DNA of 64,000 nt from Desulfatiglandales bacterium (lineage in GTDB: Bacteria > Desulfobacterota > DSM-4660 > Desulfatiglandales > Desulfatiglandaceae): NCBI GenBank assembly GCA_963662465.1, contig OY759599.1, positions 6,848,001-6,912,000 on the forward strand, given 5' to 3'. The position numbers and the translations under genes are program-made. Below are positions 60,550 to 64,000 of this stretch, one piece after another. The notes below the pieces were generated by a model that did not search any database, was not told the DNA's origin, and saw only the letters and a program-made list of their open reading frames with translations. The first letter of the stretch is position 1. The number at the start of each line of letters is the position of its first letter.

Positions 60550-61989
60550 TTACACAACTCCCCGGGAAAAGGCGGATACTGCGGCAATTGCCGCTATTTT
60601 CTTTTTTTCGAAATGCTCATCTTGTGCCATAAACTGTTTTATATCATCCATAAGGGTGACTTCATTTTCGATAAAATGGGTCCCCAAATCGCCCGTTATA
60701 AATCGCGGGTTTTCCATGACGGCTTTGTGGAACGCTATATTATTCTTGACTCCGGCGATGACGAATTCGTAAAGGGCCCGACGCATTCTGATGATGGCTT
60801 CATCTCGATCCCTTCCCCATACGACGAGCTTCGATATCATGGAGTCGTAAAAAGGGGGTATGGTGTAATGGGCATGGACACCGCTATCCACTCGAATTCC
60901 GATCCCTCCGGGGGCCTGATACGCTTTGATCTTGCCCGGTGTGGGAACAAAGTCTTCCAACGGATCCTCTGCGTTGATGCGGCATTCGATGGCCCATCCG
61001 TTCATGGGAACCGCTTCCTGCTTGATGCTGAGGGACAATCCGGAAGCGATCCGTATTTGCTCTTTGACGATATCGATTCCGGTAACCATTTCCGTAACCG
61101 GATGTTCTACCTGAACCCGGGCATTGACTTCGAGAAAATAAAACTTTCCATCGGAGAATAGGAACTCTACCGTTCCCGCCCCTTCGTAATTTACCCATTT
61201 GGCGGCGTTTACGGCAATCTCTCCAATTTCTTTCCGCAGTTCAGAGGTTACCGCCGGTGAGGGCGCTTCCTCTATCAGCTTTTGATGCCTCCGCTGAATT
61301 GAACATTCACGTTCGCCTAAATGGATGACATTCCCTTTTGAATCTCCCAATATCTGAATTTCAATGTGACGCGGGTTGTTTAGGTATTTTTCTATATACA
61401 CATCGCCCAGTCCGAAAGTGGTGGAAGCAATCGCCTGTGAATAACCAAGGGCATCTTGCAATTGATCATCGTCCATCACAATGCTCATTCCGATTCCCCC
61501 GCCACCACCGGAAGGCTTGATAATCACCGGGTATCCAATGTCGTTGGCCATGCTTCTTGCCTGGTCATATTCCGCTACGCATTCATCCGTTCCCGGAACC
61601 ACGGGGACACCCGCTTTCTCCAATTCGCGCCTGGCAGCTATTTTATCACCCAAAAGTTCGATTACTTTGCTGGAGGGGCCGATGAATTTTATGCCTTCCC
61701 GTTCGCAGGCAGCGGCAAATTGTGAATTCTCCGCAAGAAAGCCGTATCCGGGGTGGATCGCATCTGCGCCGCTTTCCTCGGCGACTTCAAGGATCTTTTG
61801 AATGTTGAGGTAGCTGGCCCTTGCCGGTGGCGGACCGATTAAATAGGCTTCATCCGCATATTGGGTAAAGGATGCATTTTTGTCCGCCTCCGAATAAACG
61901 GCAACGGAAGGGATTCCGAGTTCCCTGCAAGCCCGCATGATCCGAATCGCTATTTCTCCACGATTTGCGATGAGAATTTTGTTGAGCAT
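60550..61989 (-). CDS. Biotin carboxylase subunit, copy 2
   Basis: Near-identical to 38083-39522. Confidence 0.95.
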   Translation of the reverse strand: MLNKILIANRGEIAIRIMRACRELGIPSVAVYSEADKNASFTQYADEAYLIGPPPARASYLNIQKILEVAEESGADAIHPGYGFLAENSQFAAACEREGIKFIGPSSKVIELLGDKIAARRELEKAGVPVVPGTDECVAEYDQARSMANDIGYPVIIKPSGGGGGIGMSIVMDDDQLQDALGYSQAIASTTFGLGDVYIEKYLNNPRHIEIQILGDSKGNVIHLGERECSIQRRHQKLIEEAPSPAVTSELRKEIGEIAVNAAKWVNYEGAGTVEFLFSDGKFYFLEVNARVQVEHPVTEMVTGIDIVKEQIRIASGLSLSIKQEAVPMNGWAIECRINAEDPLEDFVPTPGKIKAYQAPGGIGIRVDSGVHAHYTIPPFYDSMISKLVVWGRDRDEAIIRMRRALYEFVIAGVKNNIAFHKAVMENPRFITGDLGTHFIENEVTLMDDIKQFMAQDEHFEKKKIAAIAAVSAFSRGVV

Positions 61990-61990
61990 T

Positions 61991-63736
61991 TTACGCCACC
62001 ACCATCAAAATGTCTTCGATGTCGATTGTTTCCCCTTCACTGGTCATGATCTCTTTTACCTCTCCGCTGTGGGGCGAATTGAAGAGTCTCTTCATTTTCA
62101 TTGATTCGATCACGACAAGCAAATCGCCTTCCTCTATTTTATCGCCCACCTTCACTTCGATGGACAGTATCATTCCCGGCATTTCGGAGATCACCGCGCC
62201 GGCAGGCAACGCTTTAGATGCATTGGCGTTATTGGGCGCTTCCGCCGCTTCTATTGCTTTGCCTTTTCCATCCCCCTTCATCACAGGTGTAACCTTCACG
62301 TTGAACACTTCGCCATCAACATCCACACTGTATTCCGCCGGAAATTCGGATGGTGGATTGTAAGGCGCCGACGTTTTCAGGTCAGGGGGGGAGGCTTTCA
62401 CGGGCGCTCCCGGCTTAACCGCTTTTCCGGGGATCAGAATCTTTAGCAATAGTTCGTCATCGGAAAGTTCCGGACCATTTTCCGCACGTAGCGCCTCGAT
62501 GGATTTATCGTATCCGTCAGACTCCCAATCAAGAAATTCCTTTCTCCTGGGTAAATTCATTATTTTGTCCAAAATATTCTGGTCCATGGGCGCAATCAGT
62601 TCACCGTAATACCCAAGAGAGTACTTGATAACCTCATCCGTAATCCTTCCATACCGCTTTCCGGAGATAACATTCTCCATGGCCTGGACGCCTACGATCT
62701 GAGAGAAGGGTGTTCCCATCACCGGATATCCAAGCTCCTTGCGGACCCGTACGATTTCCTCCAGAATTTCGTCCAAACGGTCTTCCATTTTTACTTCCCT
62801 TAGCTGCCGCGTAAAATTGGTCATCATTCCGCCCGGCACCTGATGTTCAAAATGAAAAAGATCGTATTCCGCCGGTACACCCATGGGCAGCCCCTCATTT
62901 TCCGCTATTTTTCTGAAATGCCGCGATACCGTTGCGAGTGCATCCTCATCAAGATCCGATGTGAAGCCCAGACGACGTACATTTTTTAAAACCGTTTCCG
63001 CTGAAGGCAAGGAGGTTCCATTGGCGAGAGGCGAGATGGCGGTATGTAATGTTGTGACGCCGAGTTTAACAGCCTCCAGATAACACAGGGGTGCAAGCCC
63101 GGAATTACAATGGGCGTGGAATTCAATGGGGATTCCGTCGCAATTCTTTTGAATCGCGGAAATCAATCTACAGGTGGCCTCCGGCGTCAGAAGCCCGCCT
63201 CCATCCTCGATCATGATGGCATCCACATAATCTTTAGTTTCTGAAATGAGTCCCGCTTTTCGCCCCCAATATTCATCGGTGTGAGCCGGACTTAAGCTAT
63301 AGCCTACTGTTGTGATAACGCCGGCGCCTTCGGCTTTGGCGATGCGGGCGAAATAGACGAATCGCTCCATATTGTCCTGCCAATCGCAAACCCAGAAAGA
63401 CTTGATTCCGTTGGCAATGGATCGTTTTATCCAAAGCGTAATGATATCTCGGGGCGTACTGAGGTCAAAAGTTGAGAGACTGCCCGTTTGATAGGATCCT
63501 CGAAGAGGTGTTTTTCTAAGCAAACGGGAAAGGACTTTGATTCTTTCCCACGGATCCTCATTGAGATTTCGAACAAGCACGGTAAATGCCTGAGAACCGA
63601 CCGTGGCAATGGCTTTGTATCCGACCTGGTCCATGACCTCTGCAATAGGGGTCACCATGTCCGTCCTCATCATATAGCCCCAAAGGCTTTGTTGAGCATC
63701 GCGCAAAGTTTGATCCACAAAGTTAATCTTGTCCAT
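61991..63736 (-). CDS. Carboxyltransferase plus biotin-carrier subunit (divergent PycB/OadA-like), copy 2
   Basis: Near-identical to 39524-41269. Confidence 0.9.
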   Translation of the reverse strand: MDKINFVDQTLRDAQQSLWGYMMRTDMVTPIAEVMDQVGYKAIATVGSQAFTVLVRNLNEDPWERIKVLSRLLRKTPLRGSYQTGSLSTFDLSTPRDIITLWIKRSIANGIKSFWVCDWQDNMERFVYFARIAKAEGAGVITTVGYSLSPAHTDEYWGRKAGLISETKDYVDAIMIEDGGGLLTPEATCRLISAIQKNCDGIPIEFHAHCNSGLAPLCYLEAVKLGVTTLHTAISPLANGTSLPSAETVLKNVRRLGFTSDLDEDALATVSRHFRKIAENEGLPMGVPAEYDLFHFEHQVPGGMMTNFTRQLREVKMEDRLDEILEEIVRVRKELGYPVMGTPFSQIVGVQAMENVISGKRYGRITDEVIKYSLGYYGELIAPMDQNILDKIMNLPRRKEFLDWESDGYDKSIEALRAENGPELSDDELLLKILIPGKAVKPGAPVKASPPDLKTSAPYNPPSEFPAEYSVDVDGEVFNVKVTPVMKGDGKGKAIEAAEAPNNANASKALPAGAVISEMPGMILSIEVKVGDKIEEGDLLVVIESMKMKRLFNSPHSGEVKEIMTSEGETIDIEDILMVVA

Positions 63737-63861
63737 GGTTGATATCGGCCCCCTTTAGCAAATGCGTTTAATCCGGTTTAAAATTTGCTCACTTGTTTTT
63801 TCCATCTTTTTGATGCATAATTTTGCGGTTCGTGTTTGTAATTGCCTGAACGTTGTAAAGC

Positions 63862-63890
63862 AATATAATGTAAAAGAATGACAGTGTCAA
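63862..63890 (-). promoter_or_regulatory. Sigma70-type promoter of the carboxylase operon, copy 2
   Basis: TTGACA-17 nt-TATATT. Confidence 0.65.
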
Positions 63891-64000
63891 GAGAAATAAT
63901 AACATGTGCAACTATTATTTTTGACGCTTCTAACGGAAAGAAAAAACGAAGATCAAATGGCGCCGCAAAAACGGATGCCTTCGACGGATGTGATTGCAGG

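Larger units (their letters stand above)
42943..63737. repeat. Large direct repeat, copy 2 (catabolic cluster, includes the IS insertion)
   Basis: Colinear with 20621-41270 apart from three indels of gene size and the IS. Confidence 0.97.

Noticed and set aside
1..64000. CRISPR array, tRNA or rRNA genes
   Set aside because: No regularly spaced repeat-spacer pattern or recognisable structural RNA seen; the short palindromes are isolated REP-like elements.

Overview
Window from an anaerobic deltaproteobacterium (Desulfobacterota-like gene content; inference). (1) 1-2.5 kb: 3' end of an integron-type integrase, IS-like debris, an enoyl-CoA hydratase and a RelE/ParE toxin-antitoxin pair behind a degenerate attC-like site. 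(2) 2.5-16.8 kb: ordinary backbone (TPR lipoprotein, PBP1A, RimK-like ligase, MtaD-like deaminase, aconitase/icd/gltA, CBS, HD, DEAD-box helicase). (3) 16.8-64 kb: an accessory catabolic island dominated by a ~21 kb minus-strand cluster present as two tandem direct copies (~20.6-41.3 kb and ~42.9-63.7 kb). The cluster encodes a two-subunit biotin carboxylase with a non-canonical carboxyltransferase site, two phytoene-desaturase-family flavoproteins flanking a 102-aa protein, a split PEP-synthase/phenylphosphate-synthase-like pair, a two-subunit B12 acyl-CoA mutase with an atypical specificity motif plus MeaB, LMW-phosphatase-like proteins, an SCP2-type thiolase, a phenylacetate-CoA-ligase-family enzyme, a response regulator and an ABM-like protein. 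CobO, FadL and an MCP flank it. I do not recognise this combination as a described pathway; it looks like an uncharacterised anaerobic route for a hydrophobic, probably aromatic or branched, substrate. The two copies show complementary gene losses, an IS insertion with a 6-bp target duplication, and mosaic identity. All calls rest on motifs read by eye; no searches were run.
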